Virus record (IMG/VR): IMGVR_UViG_3300046777_001470
Span: 1 to 42,147 of that record
Length of the DNA stretch: 42,147 nucleotides
Direction: 5' to 3' (one strand)
Origin: a virus
Taxonomy: Duplodnaviria; Caudoviricetes
Part shown: one piece after another, positions 21,101 to 29,918 of the stretch
How the letters are laid out: each line of letters begins with the position of its first letter
How positions within the stretch are numbered: the first letter of the stretch is position 1
Made by a program: the position numbers and the translations under genes
The notes under the pieces: model-generated
The model's input: only the letters and a program-made list of their open reading frames with translations
Database searches by the model: none
What the model was told of the DNA's origin: nothing

Positions 21101-22796
21101 AGTCTAATCCAAAACCTTTTGGTTTATAAGTAGTTCCAGGACCTCCACTTGTTGTTTTTACTTCTTTGTTTACGCCTTTATGAAGAATTGATTGGGAGTC
21201 ACCTTGACGTACAGGGCTCATTTCAGAATAACCATAAGTAAACCAATCTTCATCTTTATATTGATAAAACAAAGGATCATCAGGTCTTTCATCTTCTTGA
21301 TTAGTTTTAGCTACAGCATCATAATGATCAAACACCTCATGAGTCTGAGTTACAACTCCATTTGTATTAGCAGCTCTTACTGTACCTAGATATGATATTT
21401 CATCTGTATCAAGACTTGTTATATCTCTCCTATTTGGAAATTCAAAGTTTTCTAATCCTGTTATCTCTTTCGCATAAGAAGGGTTTGAGTCTTTATCAAA
21501 AAGAATAACACCAAATCCTGTTCTCTCTCCTCTCATGTTGCTCTTATACATAGCAGCATTATAAACGTGCTTATGACCTGGCTTACCAATCTTTTGTATT
21601 GCAGGAAATCCTGTATTACCTAATACATCAACAAACGTAACTTCGTTATTAATATCTCTATTGTTATAACCAATGTTCATTAAATATAAACGCTGATTAA
21701 AATAACGTATTGATTTTGCCCTTCTTATAGACGAGAAGGATTGAGCCTCCTCTTCTAATGTTAGTGTTTGAGCTCCTATGTATTGAGCTTCTGCTCTATC
21801 TAATACATTTAAAACATTCATTCCATCTAATATAGGAATAGAAGCTATAATCTGAGAAACAGGAGGAACACCTATAGCATCACCTGCGTACCAAGAATCT
21901 CTTCTTAACTCTAAGAATGAATACTCATTGTAATTCTCATATCTTAACCTTATGTGATTACCATAAGGAGTAGATGAAGCTATATTAGGATCTGATGAAT
22001 AAGTCTTAGAATGAGGATATTGAGGGCCCCAATCTGAACTATTACTTCTAACAACAGGAACTAACTCGCTGATTGGAGCAAAGATAGTTCTTTCACCCTC
22101 TTGGTCTACTAAGCGATAAGAGTATGAATAACTACCTACACAAAGTCCTGATGTACCAACCACATAATCATAACCAGAACTTCCAGCTACTTGCTGAATA
22201 AATGCAGGCTTATGCATAACTGTTATTGGAGGTAATGTGTATGCATCAGGATTAAATTCAGAAAAATACTTCTCCGTACATTCACCATCTGGGGTCATTG
22301 CTGAGTTGTCCATTAGGTCTATTACGTTGAATATCATCGGAGGAGTATTGTTGTTGGTTATGTAAAACTCACCACCGATACAACTTTCATTCTTATCATA
22401 TTGTAATGGATAATTTAAATCCATTGGAAAATCATCGCTATACAAAACTATCTGACCATCAACCCTAATCATAGGAAATTCAGTAGGATCTGTTGATGCC
22501 CATATCTCAACAATGTGACCATTGATTTCTTGAGCCATCATACATTCATAGTTGTCAAATGTTAATGTAGATGGATCAGGAGCGTTACATCTATTATCGA
22601 TAAGAGGGTATAATATCTCTTCTCCCTTTATTTTCTTCTTTGCTAAATTATCTCCATCCATGGAAACACTACGCATATTCAACGCGTCAACGTGTTCTCC
22701 CTGTTCGTTGTTACCTAATATTTCTTTATTGGTATCTGAATTAATACCTTTTTCATAAGTCTTATTATCGTATGGATGGTGTTGTTGCTTGTGCAT
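18198..22796 (-). CDS. Tail nozzle/stabilisation (muzzle-like) protein, 1532 aa
   Basis: N-terminal KGINSD...HVDALNMR resembles crAss-like/P22 gp10-like stabilisation proteins; beta-rich; follows the ring genes. Confidence 0.7.
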   Translation of the reverse strand: MHKQQHHPYDNKTYEKGINSDTNKEILGNNEQGEHVDALNMRSVSMDGDNLAKKKIKGEEILYPLIDNRCNAPDPSTLTFDNYECMMAQEINGHIVEIWASTDPTEFPMIRVDGQIVLYSDDFPMDLNYPLQYDKNESCIGGEFYITNNNTPPMIFNVIDLMDNSAMTPDGECTEKYFSEFNPDAYTLPPITVMHKPAFIQQVAGSSGYDYVVGTSGLCVGSYSYSYRLVDQEGERTIFAPISELVPVVRSNSSDWGPQYPHSKTYSSDPNIASSTPYGNHIRLRYENYNEYSFLELRRDSWYAGDAIGVPPVSQIIASIPILDGMNVLNVLDRAEAQYIGAQTLTLEEEAQSFSSIRRAKSIRYFNQRLYLMNIGYNNRDINNEVTFVDVLGNTGFPAIQKIGKPGHKHVYNAAMYKSNMRGERTGFGVILFDKDSNPSYAKEITGLENFEFPNRRDITSLDTDEISYLGTVRAANTNGVVTQTHEVFDHYDAVAKTNQEDERPDDPLFYQYKDEDWFTYGYSEMSPVRQGDSQSILHKGVNKEVKTTSGGPGTTYKPKGFGLDYYSMGLSFRGLATYPSDAEGFSVVQTEPARRVLAQGLGFYSLRPASALFGDDTQKETDAFWSYFPDLEHIAPDIAEDLINNPGSYKIQLVSPLGYFTEIYTHITEFETAIRKGVDMITYARILREDGDNILEQINPYVGDYSGIFSPEYPTDPDRYIAYGRYTNSISGDSPAFTGNANGNQLFPIEAVIETTTNSTRQTYFKITVDDSVTGAIYNEAGMNSQPNPSNDATNAGVNEWREPFYVINLVRDENNINPGITTQYRYTGNYIKFKSLILESTGANNQSAVLVSERWEDCIPQVSGQTNGLSTYGALKRFAYVIDQNEIEQRWMNIQFESAPNQATILTGLAAAAPGPYNDPILTDGFDIYGVYTSTETSGDTDGVCRIFTLNFNAILGYETFSTVPSGSKVYVRYDNRIPVRVFGGDTYVNESIWSPIDNVYEKGGGPSNNDGGWLYPDNDFRMNAPFPLKSYVYTDTYPRWENTSVWNYDFTGDFQFCNSLKSDIAKIRQLTTVWTAETRINLSFMYNIESPDKAVSDQAFPLVNYIPRPHKWAASDPADRAQFESDNNLSPNYFDAYGYEWNLWSYGGFRFTPQVNIDYSKKQTNQVFVTVPTVGFEEQLDFCTRIIWSLKRPSNAQNTPSVRTFLPQNYFDISDDTGEIKFAWSALSGDKGNNLYAMTDSGVCLLMVDKRLLYEINANELATTGSDVGGVLNQLWIDKTIGMHDETWRSWAEYSNVLFFCNSISAYAFGNNELTEIARTGFFELLNRRFNPLIFDGYGSRLSGGFNVLTKEYIMNVEAIVNEESEFSTLIYGTQQQSLQCQSSYNYDKYLYYKNHFFGMKGSGTYELGIGNQIDGKDMESYLTGVADANIIIDKEFIRIRVNSNSKPEKIYFYKSYDDYKTDSFDSVVDATLIPLSIKNYFGYECYIPRSLFAPHYRNQGRLMIFKIVSTEDEEFLVTSTAVQYKGLK

Positions 22797-22799
22797 ATT

Positions 22800-22979
22800 C
22801 TATTTTTTAAAAGGAAACCTTTTGTTTAAAGCGTCTTGTCTGCCCTTACATCCGCAATCAGCATGACCAGTCGCCTTAGCTACAAATTTAGCAACTTTAT
22901 TCATTTGTGTCATTTTAGCTACTTTAGCTACGACATCTCCCATTCCTCTAGCGTCTCTGAATAGGTTAAGATTATTCAT
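22800..22979 (-). CDS. Small basic phage protein with CGC motif, 59 aa
   Basis: Not in the ORF track. MNNLNLFRDARGMGDVVAKVAKMTQMNKVAKFVAKATGHADCGCKGRQDALNKRFPFKK fills the gap almost exactly and resembles a common GxGD...DCGCxxRxxxLN phage family. Confidence 0.75.
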   Translation of the reverse strand: MNNLNLFRDARGMGDVVAKVAKMTQMNKVAKFVAKATGHADCGCKGRQDALNKRFPFKK

Positions 22980-22980
22980 G

Positions 22981-22998
22981 TTACCACTTAACTTTATC
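22981..22998 (-). pseudogene. Stranded original 3' end (DKVKW-stop) of the 23606-23929 gene
   Basis: The minus strand reads GAT AAA GTT AAG TGG TAA, overlapping the HNH stop codon. It parallels NVVKW in the upstream gene. Confidence 0.6.
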
Positions 22999-23596
22999 TT
23001 TTTACTTTTTTTTCTAATACTTTCTCTATTGGAAGTCCTTTTTTTATTCTTCTTGTTATTGTATCTCTATGTACACCAATAAAAGAAGCCCAATCAGTTA
23101 AACACATTGATTTTCCATTAAAATCAAGCATAACATTTGTACTTCTATTTCTATTCTGCTCTGCTTGAGTTGCCCATCTGCAATTCTCCTTAAAATATCC
23201 TTTAGTGTTATCTATTCTATCAATAGACATTCCTTTTGGTCGTTCACCCATATCATTAAGGAAATTTTCAAAAATATTCCAAGAATCATCCATAGTTATA
23301 TCTCCGTAAACTTTACTATGATTTTTTCCAAGTCTAATTCTTCTTCTCATTGAAAACCAAGAGTTCCAAGTTGAACTTCTTGATTGACCATGCTTAGATA
23401 TTTTATCTCTTATTTTTTTTGATTTAGCGCATCCGCAATCTTGAGTATTGCCGCTTTTTAAATTTGGCCTAGATACTTCTGTTAATTTTCCACACAAAAG
23501 ACACTCACACATCCAATGTGAATTCGTGTTCTTAACTTGAGTAATTTTAATTACCCTTAGATTATTAAATAATTGTCCTTCTAAATTTGCTTTCAT
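22994..23596 (-). mobile_element. Free-standing HNH homing endonuclease gene, 200 aa
   Basis: WMCECLLCG...DCGC, FENFLNDMGERP, SIDRIDNTKGYFKENCRWAT..EQNRN and a C-terminal HTH-like LTDWA segment. Confidence 0.85.
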
Positions 23597-23605
23597 TTTT
23601 ATTTT

Positions 23606-23929
23606 TTAAGCAAAGATAGTAAAAATATTTAAACCATTTAATGTAATACCTACGATACACCACTTTACGACATTGCTCCAGTAAGCTGCACTTAGTTTTC
23701 CTTTGGCTATATTTTTAGCATGGCGAGCTTTAAATCTTTTTCTTCTATTAGCGTAAGCCTCAGACTCATTAGCCTTCTTAGGAGATCCTTTTACTCCTTG
23801 CTGTCCAAATCTAATAATCTTTTCCGTACCGTTAGAACACGCTTTAACAACGTGAGACTTCTTAGGGTGACTAGGTGTACTTCTAGGTGAATTACACTTC
23901 ATAGAAGCTTTATTTAATTTCTCTGCCAT
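23606..23929 (-). CDS. Small basic conserved phage protein with replaced/extended C-terminus, 107 aa
   Basis: KKSHVVKA...IIRFGQQG...RRKRFKARH...SAAYW family; after VKW there is an atypical 17 aa hydrophobic extension. Confidence 0.75.
   Translation of the reverse strand: MAEKLNKASMKCNSPRSTPSHPKKSHVVKACSNGTEKIIRFGQQGVKGSPKKANESEAYANRRKRFKARHAKNIAKGKLSAAYWSNVVKWCIVGITLNGLNIFTIFA
23611..23618 (-). promoter_or_regulatory. sigma70 -7 element (TATCTTTG) for the HNH gene
   Basis: TAnnTTTG ~15 nt upstream of the HNH ATG, inside the extended tail of the upstream ORF. Confidence 0.6.
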
Positions 23930-23930
23930 G

Positions 23931-24320
23931 TTATCTAAATTTAGCTGTTTTTTCTCTTATCTTTTTTGGCTGAGGTACAAATTGTTTTCCCATGGCCTTA
24001 CCGATTCTTTTTGCTCTAGTTGTTGCAGCATACTCTTGAGGTGTTAATGATTCTCTAGCGGCTTTAGGAAGATACCTTTCTCCTGTCTTAGAACTTGGTT
24101 TACCACTCTTAGTTCCCCATTCTTCTTTTGTCCACTTAGACAAACTGTTGTCTGAAGATTTTGCACCTTTATATCCTCCTCCTGCTTTTTTATATCTAGC
24201 TACTGCAATCTGAGCTTTTCTAGCTGACCACTGCCCTGCATTACCGCCTTTAGTTCCAGCCTTAACAGAAGCTACAACTCGTTTCCAAAGAGCAGTATTT
24301 GATTTCTTAGCAGTACTCAT
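23931..24320 (-). CDS. Small basic protein (DUF5872-like), 129 aa
   Basis: GGNAGQWSARKAQ...YKKAGGGY...SLSKWTKEEWGT...RYLPK motif; the family name is recalled, not searched. Confidence 0.7.
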   Translation of the reverse strand: MSTAKKSNTALWKRVVASVKAGTKGGNAGQWSARKAQIAVARYKKAGGGYKGAKSSDNSLSKWTKEEWGTKSGKPSSKTGERYLPKAARESLTPQEYAATTRAKRIGKAMGKQFVPQPKKIREKTAKFR

Positions 24321-25090
24321 TACTTATGATACATTGATGAGATATACTCTTCCATAGACGCTTTCTCTTTGGAATCCATAGCTTTAATTCTTTTTCTAGC
24401 TTTGTTCCAAGAACCTGTAGTTAAGTTTTCTAAATCATCTTTAGCATCTGCCCATAAGGCTCTGTAAACTCTTGGCTCTCTTATTTTCATTGCTTCAAGG
24501 AACTTAACCTTTACATAGTCAACAACAGCTCTCTCAAAGAATCTAGGAATAACTGGTAAATCACCGTTCTCTACACCCATGCTATTAGCAATGAATCTAA
24601 TATAAGAATAAGCCTTACACTCTTTACTGAACATCATGATGCCCTCAAATATGTTGTAATAATATTTAGGACCATAATAACCCTGCATATTATGCGTGTA
24701 AACTCTTTGATTAGGTTGATAAACATCAGAACCATTTGATCCATCATCTTTTACCTGTGCCGTGTATCCATCTCCACTATAGTTGTTATTGAAAAGTCTT
24801 TTCCAATAAACCATTTGAGTCTTCATAGGATTACATAAAGAACCATTATAAAGATAAATCTCCCTAACATTGAATATGTTCTTAGGCATTATCAATTGAC
24901 AATTATCAGGGAACTCATAATCAAATTGCTCTCTCTTCCAAAACGTGTCAAAAGATAACTCTTGCATAGCATCTTGAATACGAGATAAATACCATCCCTC
25001 TGAGAATCCCTTTTTGTAATCAGCATCATCAACTGTCATAGTGATTTCAGCCAATAAGTGATCTACGGATACAAAATCGTTAGCTGTCAT
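24320..25090 (-). CDS. Tail ring/adaptor (tubular) protein, 256 aa
   Basis: Size and position; C-terminal D.LPVIP...AVVDYV pattern of podovirus/crAss ring proteins. Confidence 0.6.
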   Translation of the reverse strand: MTANDFVSVDHLLAEITMTVDDADYKKGFSEGWYLSRIQDAMQELSFDTFWKREQFDYEFPDNCQLIMPKNIFNVREIYLYNGSLCNPMKTQMVYWKRLFNNNYSGDGYTAQVKDDGSNGSDVYQPNQRVYTHNMQGYYGPKYYYNIFEGIMMFSKECKAYSYIRFIANSMGVENGDLPVIPRFFERAVVDYVKVKFLEAMKIREPRVYRALWADAKDDLENLTTGSWNKARKRIKAMDSKEKASMEEYISSMYHK

Positions 25091-25818
25091 TATTGTTGAG
25101 TTTGAGTAGGTTGAACATCAGGAAGATTTACAGCTCTATTCGAATACATTCTAGTATCTAATTCAGCTTCATCTTCCCCTTCGTTTGTAACTTCTTTAGG
25201 CATCAACATAATGAATCTACCTAATTGTAATACCTGCATAACTAAATCTGCAATCATCTCGTCAGGAAGAGGTATTTCACTATCAATATCACAAAGTATC
25301 TTAGGATCTAATGATGACTTAACAGCTATCTCTACATCAGAAACAGGAACACATTCAACTCCTAACAAATAAATTCTGTTTACAGGTGATCCATCAATGT
25401 TATGTCCTATACGGTAGAAGTATGGATTCTTAGATGTTGGCTTTGTGTATTCGTCTTTATATAAAGTTCTGATGTCTCCAACATTTGTTGCCTGGAATCT
25501 AACTTGAGCAAATGCAGGACCTTCACAATTGCAAGTATCTTCATTGTACGTTATGTATACAATACCTGCATTATTAGGTAGGTCCATTATCTGAACAGGT
25601 AAGTCAATATATTTTCTTCCTTTTGCGTCTGTCAATACCGCTACAGAATCAAATGTGGAAGTGAATAAGTCAGTGTTAGTTGCTAATGTCTGCTGTACTC
25701 TTAGCTTATTAGCCACAACCATAACCCAATAAAGGATTTGGTTAAATGTAAAGTCTGCATCGTCAAATGTCGAATTAAAACTTTTCTGAAGGTCATATAC
25801 TACATATCTATACGTCAT
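25090..25818 (-). CDS. Tail ring/adaptor protein, 242 aa
   Basis: C-terminal DSEIPLPDEMIADLV pattern; translationally coupled in the structural operon. Confidence 0.6.
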   Translation of the reverse strand: MTYRYVVYDLQKSFNSTFDDADFTFNQILYWVMVVANKLRVQQTLATNTDLFTSTFDSVAVLTDAKGRKYIDLPVQIMDLPNNAGIVYITYNEDTCNCEGPAFAQVRFQATNVGDIRTLYKDEYTKPTSKNPYFYRIGHNIDGSPVNRIYLLGVECVPVSDVEIAVKSSLDPKILCDIDSEIPLPDEMIADLVMQVLQLGRFIMLMPKEVTNEGEDEAELDTRMYSNRAVNLPDVQPTQTQQ

Positions 25819-25819
25819 C

Positions 25820-26578
25820 TTACAATACGCTTATTAATTGTTGAATATCTTGAGCTGAGACACCATATATACTTGTTTGGTCTCCTTGTTTGTAAGCAAT
25901 ATAGTTTAACGCTTTATCAAACAATAACTGAAATACACTATGAGGAAAATTAATTTCATCTGCTAGCGTAACAATTTGCGTAGGCTTCTTAGCCCAAAAT
26001 ATAGTAACTTCTTCATTTGGAGAAGAAGGTCTTATCTCAATCTCTTGCGTATGATAAGAAGAAGCAGGAGTTCTATAGTTTATAGGAGTCAAATAAGCAT
26101 ATAGTTTTAATGCATCACATATTTGATTTCCCTGATAACCTGCTTCAAATGGGTTATCATAGTTTGTTGCCCACTCCTCAAGGTTTAATCTCTTACAAGA
26201 TAATTTTGCTGACACATGAAGCTTATCATTTAAATAATAACTTCTAGTAGCATCAGGAGTAGCAGGAGCAGGAATACCTGCAATCTTACTTGTTGTTGGT
26301 TTAGGATATACGGCCAATATAGACCATACCTCCGATGGGAATACCGTTAGGGAAACTCTAGAGGTGTTACTTGTTCGAAACACCCCTGAGCTAGACAATT
26401 CCCTAAAAAACTCTTCGCCTATTTTATCTTGTCCATACGCGGCATTAACTACAGATGTCAACCATTTAATAGAAGCATTAATGGCTGGTATAATATCTAA
26501 GTCGTCTCTATAGTAATCTGAATTCTCAGCATCTAGAGCGAATACAATCTGATTTCTTAATTCCTGCGCTGTAAACAT
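25820..26578 (-). CDS. Head-tail adaptor/ring protein, 252 aa
   Basis: KKPT...DEINFPHSVFQLLFDKAL pattern; position downstream of the capsid genes. Confidence 0.6.
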   Translation of the reverse strand: MFTAQELRNQIVFALDAENSDYYRDDLDIIPAINASIKWLTSVVNAAYGQDKIGEEFFRELSSSGVFRTSNTSRVSLTVFPSEVWSILAVYPKPTTSKIAGIPAPATPDATRSYYLNDKLHVSAKLSCKRLNLEEWATNYDNPFEAGYQGNQICDALKLYAYLTPINYRTPASSYHTQEIEIRPSSPNEEVTIFWAKKPTQIVTLADEINFPHSVFQLLFDKALNYIAYKQGDQTSIYGVSAQDIQQLISVL

Positions 26579-26580
26579 AA

Positions 26581-27384
26581 TTAGCCAATTGTTTTTTCAA
26601 TTATAGTTCTTGACGTACTAGCATCAACTCTAGCAGCCTTCAAGTTTCCGTATAGAAGCCTATCTTGTTGATTGATAGATCTCTTAGCAATTAATTCAAT
26701 AAGCTGTCTTCTCATTGATTCTGGACTCTGTGTTATAGCAACTCCTTCTTGCTTAGCTCTTTGAATCATCTGCATATCAGATAGTCTTGAGATAGACTGC
26801 TGAGCTTCAACCATTTTCTGAGCCCATGTAGAGTCAATATTCAATGCTGATTCCATATTTTCATAGAATGCAATACCATACTGACTATGACTTCTTAAGT
26901 AATCAACTTCAGCTCTTGATTGAATCTTAACAGAAGATACAGATACAACCTGTGTCTGCTTTCCTGTCTTTCTCTTAGTTCTAATCAATGGCTTAAACTT
27001 AATTGCACCATGTGGTGGCTCAGTCTCTTCTCCTCTTCTCTTATCTCCATGGATAGAAAAGTTAAATGAATAAGCAAAAAATACTACAGGAGTATCTAAC
27101 CAATCGTCTTCTAAATCTTGAACATACTCAAGATCTCTCGACATTTCTTCTTTAGCTTCCTGAGTTTTTATTTTGGAGATTTTACTATTGAATGTATTCA
27201 ATAATTTATCCTCCAACTCACTCATCATTTTTTGTACAAGAGACAATGGTAATGAAGGCTCTTTTTCTACTTCTTTTTTTGGCTCAACAACTTCTTCTGG
27301 AGCCACATCGTTTTGTGCGTCAACACCATCAAATACTGTTTCTTCAGCTTTTGGAGTAACGTCTTCTATTTTTTTAATCGGCAT
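26581..27384 (-). CDS. Hypothetical protein following the major capsid gene, 267 aa
   Basis: Long ORF within the structural operon; no recognised motif. Confidence 0.6.
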   Translation of the reverse strand: MPIKKIEDVTPKAEETVFDGVDAQNDVAPEEVVEPKKEVEKEPSLPLSLVQKMMSELEDKLLNTFNSKISKIKTQEAKEEMSRDLEYVQDLEDDWLDTPVVFFAYSFNFSIHGDKRRGEETEPPHGAIKFKPLIRTKRKTGKQTQVVSVSSVKIQSRAEVDYLRSHSQYGIAFYENMESALNIDSTWAQKMVEAQQSISRLSDMQMIQRAKQEGVAITQSPESMRRQLIELIAKRSINQQDRLLYGNLKAARVDASTSRTIIEKTIG

Positions 27385-27409
27385 TTTATTGATTTTTAAT
27401 GTTTTAAAT

Positions 27410-27437
27410 AAAGGGGAGTACTTAATTCCTCCCCTTT
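27410..27437 (-). terminator. Intrinsic terminator after the major capsid gene
   Basis: AAAGGGGAG-N10-CTCCCCTTT inverted repeat with A/T tracts, just downstream of the MCP stop. Confidence 0.75.
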
Positions 27438-27458
27438 TATCTCTAGTTTATAGTTTGA

Positions 27459-28694
27459 CTAAGACTGAAGATCTAACCAAGCACAAGCTAGTGGGTTATG
27501 GAATTTAACACCCATGTTACAGTCAACCCATACGTCACCGTAACGCTTAGGAACTCCATCCTCTAACTTCAAGGTATCTCCTGAACGCTCACCCCATAAT
27601 TGAGTTCTCTTGATGTTTTTCATATCAAGGATTACAATTCTGTTCTCGAAAGAACCAGGGAAAGATGCAGCATCTTCGAAACGCTTAAATGGAACAAGAA
27701 CAATACGAGATGAACCTAAGTTCACTTCTTTCAAGTTCAATAAAGCGATCTCATCATTTGGTGCATAACGAGTTAATTCTTCTTTGTAAGCCAAAGATAA
27801 AGCTCTGTGTACTCGTGGAGTCATGTAAGCCATACGAGCTTGACCATAATCACCATATTCAGAAGATAATACCATATCTTCGAATGCATCAACCAAAGTA
27901 GCAGATGTAGCAAGAGCATTTGGAGAACCAGCTTCCAACATAGATGTAAATACACCACCTGTTGTTTTTGCAGGAGTACCATCAGCTGTGATTACTTCAC
28001 CTTTTTGTCCTGTCCAGAATGCGTTAGAAAGGTCGATTCTGTGTTGGTTAAACATTGCATTACGCTCCATTTCTAAGAAGTTAGAAGTCGTACCCATGTT
28101 TTTCAACTTGTGTAGTTCTACTTCAGAGTAACGGATAGCTTTGTTAAACAACTGGATGTAGTTAACACGCTCGATTGTAGAAGCGCGGAAGTACTGAGCA
28201 AAACCATCAGAACCATCGTGATCTACAGAAGATACGTTAGCTAATACATCATCAGCAGCAACTGCTGGTAAAGTGTCTCCATTGTAAGGAGAAACTGTAA
28301 TTGTCAACAAAGAAGTGTCAACAGAAACAACACTACCTTTTTGTCCGTTAGGATAAGAGATAATTGTGTTTGTTGAGATATTGTCTGTAGACGTAACAGA
28401 GATAGTTTGAGTAGTTGGGTAAGAAACCGCAGCAGCAACAGCTGTAGCTACAAGTGGCTCACGTTGGTAACCCATCTCTTGGTAGAAGAATTCGTCTGAA
28501 TTCATCTGCTCAGCAGCAACCATGTTCAACAATTTCAAGTCCATGAACTGTTGTGGAGCAGCATCAAAGATAGCTCTGTTAGTTAATTTTTGTACCAACA
28601 ACGAAATATCGTGTCCGTACAACGCAGCATACTCCGAACCTACGGAGTTGTAGTTCTGATTAAGGAACTTTGAATTTGGATCGTTATACAACAT
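27459..28694 (-). CDS. Major capsid protein (HK97 fold, SU10/DUF5309-like), 411 aa
   Basis: Portal-scaffold-MCP order; RVNYIQLF...HRIDLSNAFWTG...TTGGV pattern; C-ending codon preference suggests high expression; followed by a terminator. Confidence 0.85.
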   Translation of the reverse strand: MLYNDPNSKFLNQNYNSVGSEYAALYGHDISLLVQKLTNRAIFDAAPQQFMDLKLLNMVAAEQMNSDEFFYQEMGYQREPLVATAVAAAVSYPTTQTISVTSTDNISTNTIISYPNGQKGSVVSVDTSLLTITVSPYNGDTLPAVAADDVLANVSSVDHDGSDGFAQYFRASTIERVNYIQLFNKAIRYSEVELHKLKNMGTTSNFLEMERNAMFNQHRIDLSNAFWTGQKGEVITADGTPAKTTGGVFTSMLEAGSPNALATSATLVDAFEDMVLSSEYGDYGQARMAYMTPRVHRALSLAYKEELTRYAPNDEIALLNLKEVNLGSSRIVLVPFKRFEDAASFPGSFENRIVILDMKNIKRTQLWGERSGDTLKLEDGVPKRYGDVWVDCNMGVKFHNPLACAWLDLQS

Positions 28695-28721
28695 TTGTTT
28701 TTAATTTAAAAAGTTTACAAT

Positions 28722-29885
28722 TTACGCATAAGGGTCATTCTTGAATAATCCACTCAAATGACCTAAAGCTTTCTGATCCACTCCAGTCGGCATAGCCGCT
28801 TTCTGTTTTCTTACTGACTTAGGACTTGAGTCAACGATTCGTTGATTCGCCTCAGTTTCACCTTTCCTTTGCGCAATCTTTTTGACAGATTCCAACATTT
28901 TCTTGCCGTACATAGCGTATGCTACAAGCTCTGCTGCATCATCGTTATAAGTACCATCAGCATTCATAAACAAATTGTCTACCTTCCCCTCGACCAAGAT
29001 TGACCTAATCTTATTGATTTCAGCCTTACTGAAGTCAGGGTAAGCCTTACTTAGATTCTCCACGGAAAGGATTGCTGTCTTCTTCATATTCTGAAATTCA
29101 GATTTCTGTCGATTCAAATAATCCTCACGTTCTTTCTCTAACGCTTGTTTGTCTTCGGAAAACATTCGTTTTGTCGAATTAGCCAAAAGCTTCAATCGGC
29201 TTTCATATTCAGAATCACTTAAGTCTCCATTTTCATAGTCACTAAGCAACTCCTCGTATTGATCACCAAAATAGTGCTGGACAAGGCTCTCAGGACTTTG
29301 TTTTCCAAAATCTCCTGAAAAGTCCAGTCTTCCAGACGCATCAAACGCCTTTGTGAAGTCCTCTCCATTAGCCCACATCTGAATACCTAAACGCAATTCG
29401 TAAGGCATTGCATTTAAATCAGAAGTTAAAGCTTCATACTCTTTCTTTAATTCAGACCCCTCTTGAGCCTGATTTCTCCAAGTATCAACAGAAGAAAAGA
29501 ATGTCTCAGGATTCTTGATTCCAAATTTAGAAGATATTAAATCAACCATTTCTTTAGGAGGCTGAAAGTTAAGTTTGAATTCCTTACCCTTCTTAGGCTC
29601 CTTCATGATTCCAAAAATATCAACTACATCATCCTCTTCATCTTCATCCTCATCCTCTTCATCCTCATCTTCATCCTCATCTTCGTCTGCTTGAGAGCTT
29701 GCCTGAGATATACTAGCTATCAAGTCTTGATACTCTTTAGTGCCTGCAAAACCAGGATCCATACTGGCTAAAGCTTCCACCTGTCTAAGTTGATCCTGCA
29801 ATTCAGGAGCTAAGTCTTGAACCACTGGGGCATCAGACAAACTACTTACTGCACTTTCAACTTCTCTTTCAAAGTTGTCACTCAT
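28722..29885 (-). CDS. Capsid scaffolding-like protein, 387 aa
   Basis: Acidic and helical with a long D/E tract; lies between portal and MCP. Confidence 0.7.
   Translation of the reverse strand: MSDNFEREVESAVSSLSDAPVVQDLAPELQDQLRQVEALASMDPGFAGTKEYQDLIASISQASSQADEDEDEDEDEEDEDEDEEDDVVDIFGIMKEPKKGKEFKLNFQPPKEMVDLISSKFGIKNPETFFSSVDTWRNQAQEGSELKKEYEALTSDLNAMPYELRLGIQMWANGEDFTKAFDASGRLDFSGDFGKQSPESLVQHYFGDQYEELLSDYENGDLSDSEYESRLKLLANSTKRMFSEDKQALEKEREDYLNRQKSEFQNMKKTAILSVENLSKAYPDFSKAEINKIRSILVEGKVDNLFMNADGTYNDDAAELVAYAMYGKKMLESVKKIAQRKGETEANQRIVDSSPKSVRKQKAAMPTGVDQKALGHLSGLFKNDPYA
29628..29690 (-). repeat. Low-complexity GAT/GAG/GAA repeat encoding a poly-D/E tract
   Basis: Protein DEDEDEDEDEEDEDEDEEDD; tcatcctcatct repeats on the + strand. 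Confidence 0.85.
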
Positions 29886-29910
29886 AATTAATTATTTTGC
29901 TTCAAAAATA

Positions 29911-29918
29911 CAAATTTA
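29911..29918 (-). promoter_or_regulatory. sigma70 -7 element (TAAATTTG) for scaffold/MCP
   Basis: TAnnTTTG overlapping the portal stop codon, upstream of the ATG at 29885. Confidence 0.6.

Noticed and set aside
22999-23675. Group I intron interrupting the small basic gene
   Set aside because: Under 100 nt lie outside the HNH ORF, too little for a ribozyme core. No in-frame junction satisfies both exon-terminal U and intron-terminal G. A free-standing HEG with 3' replacement fits better.
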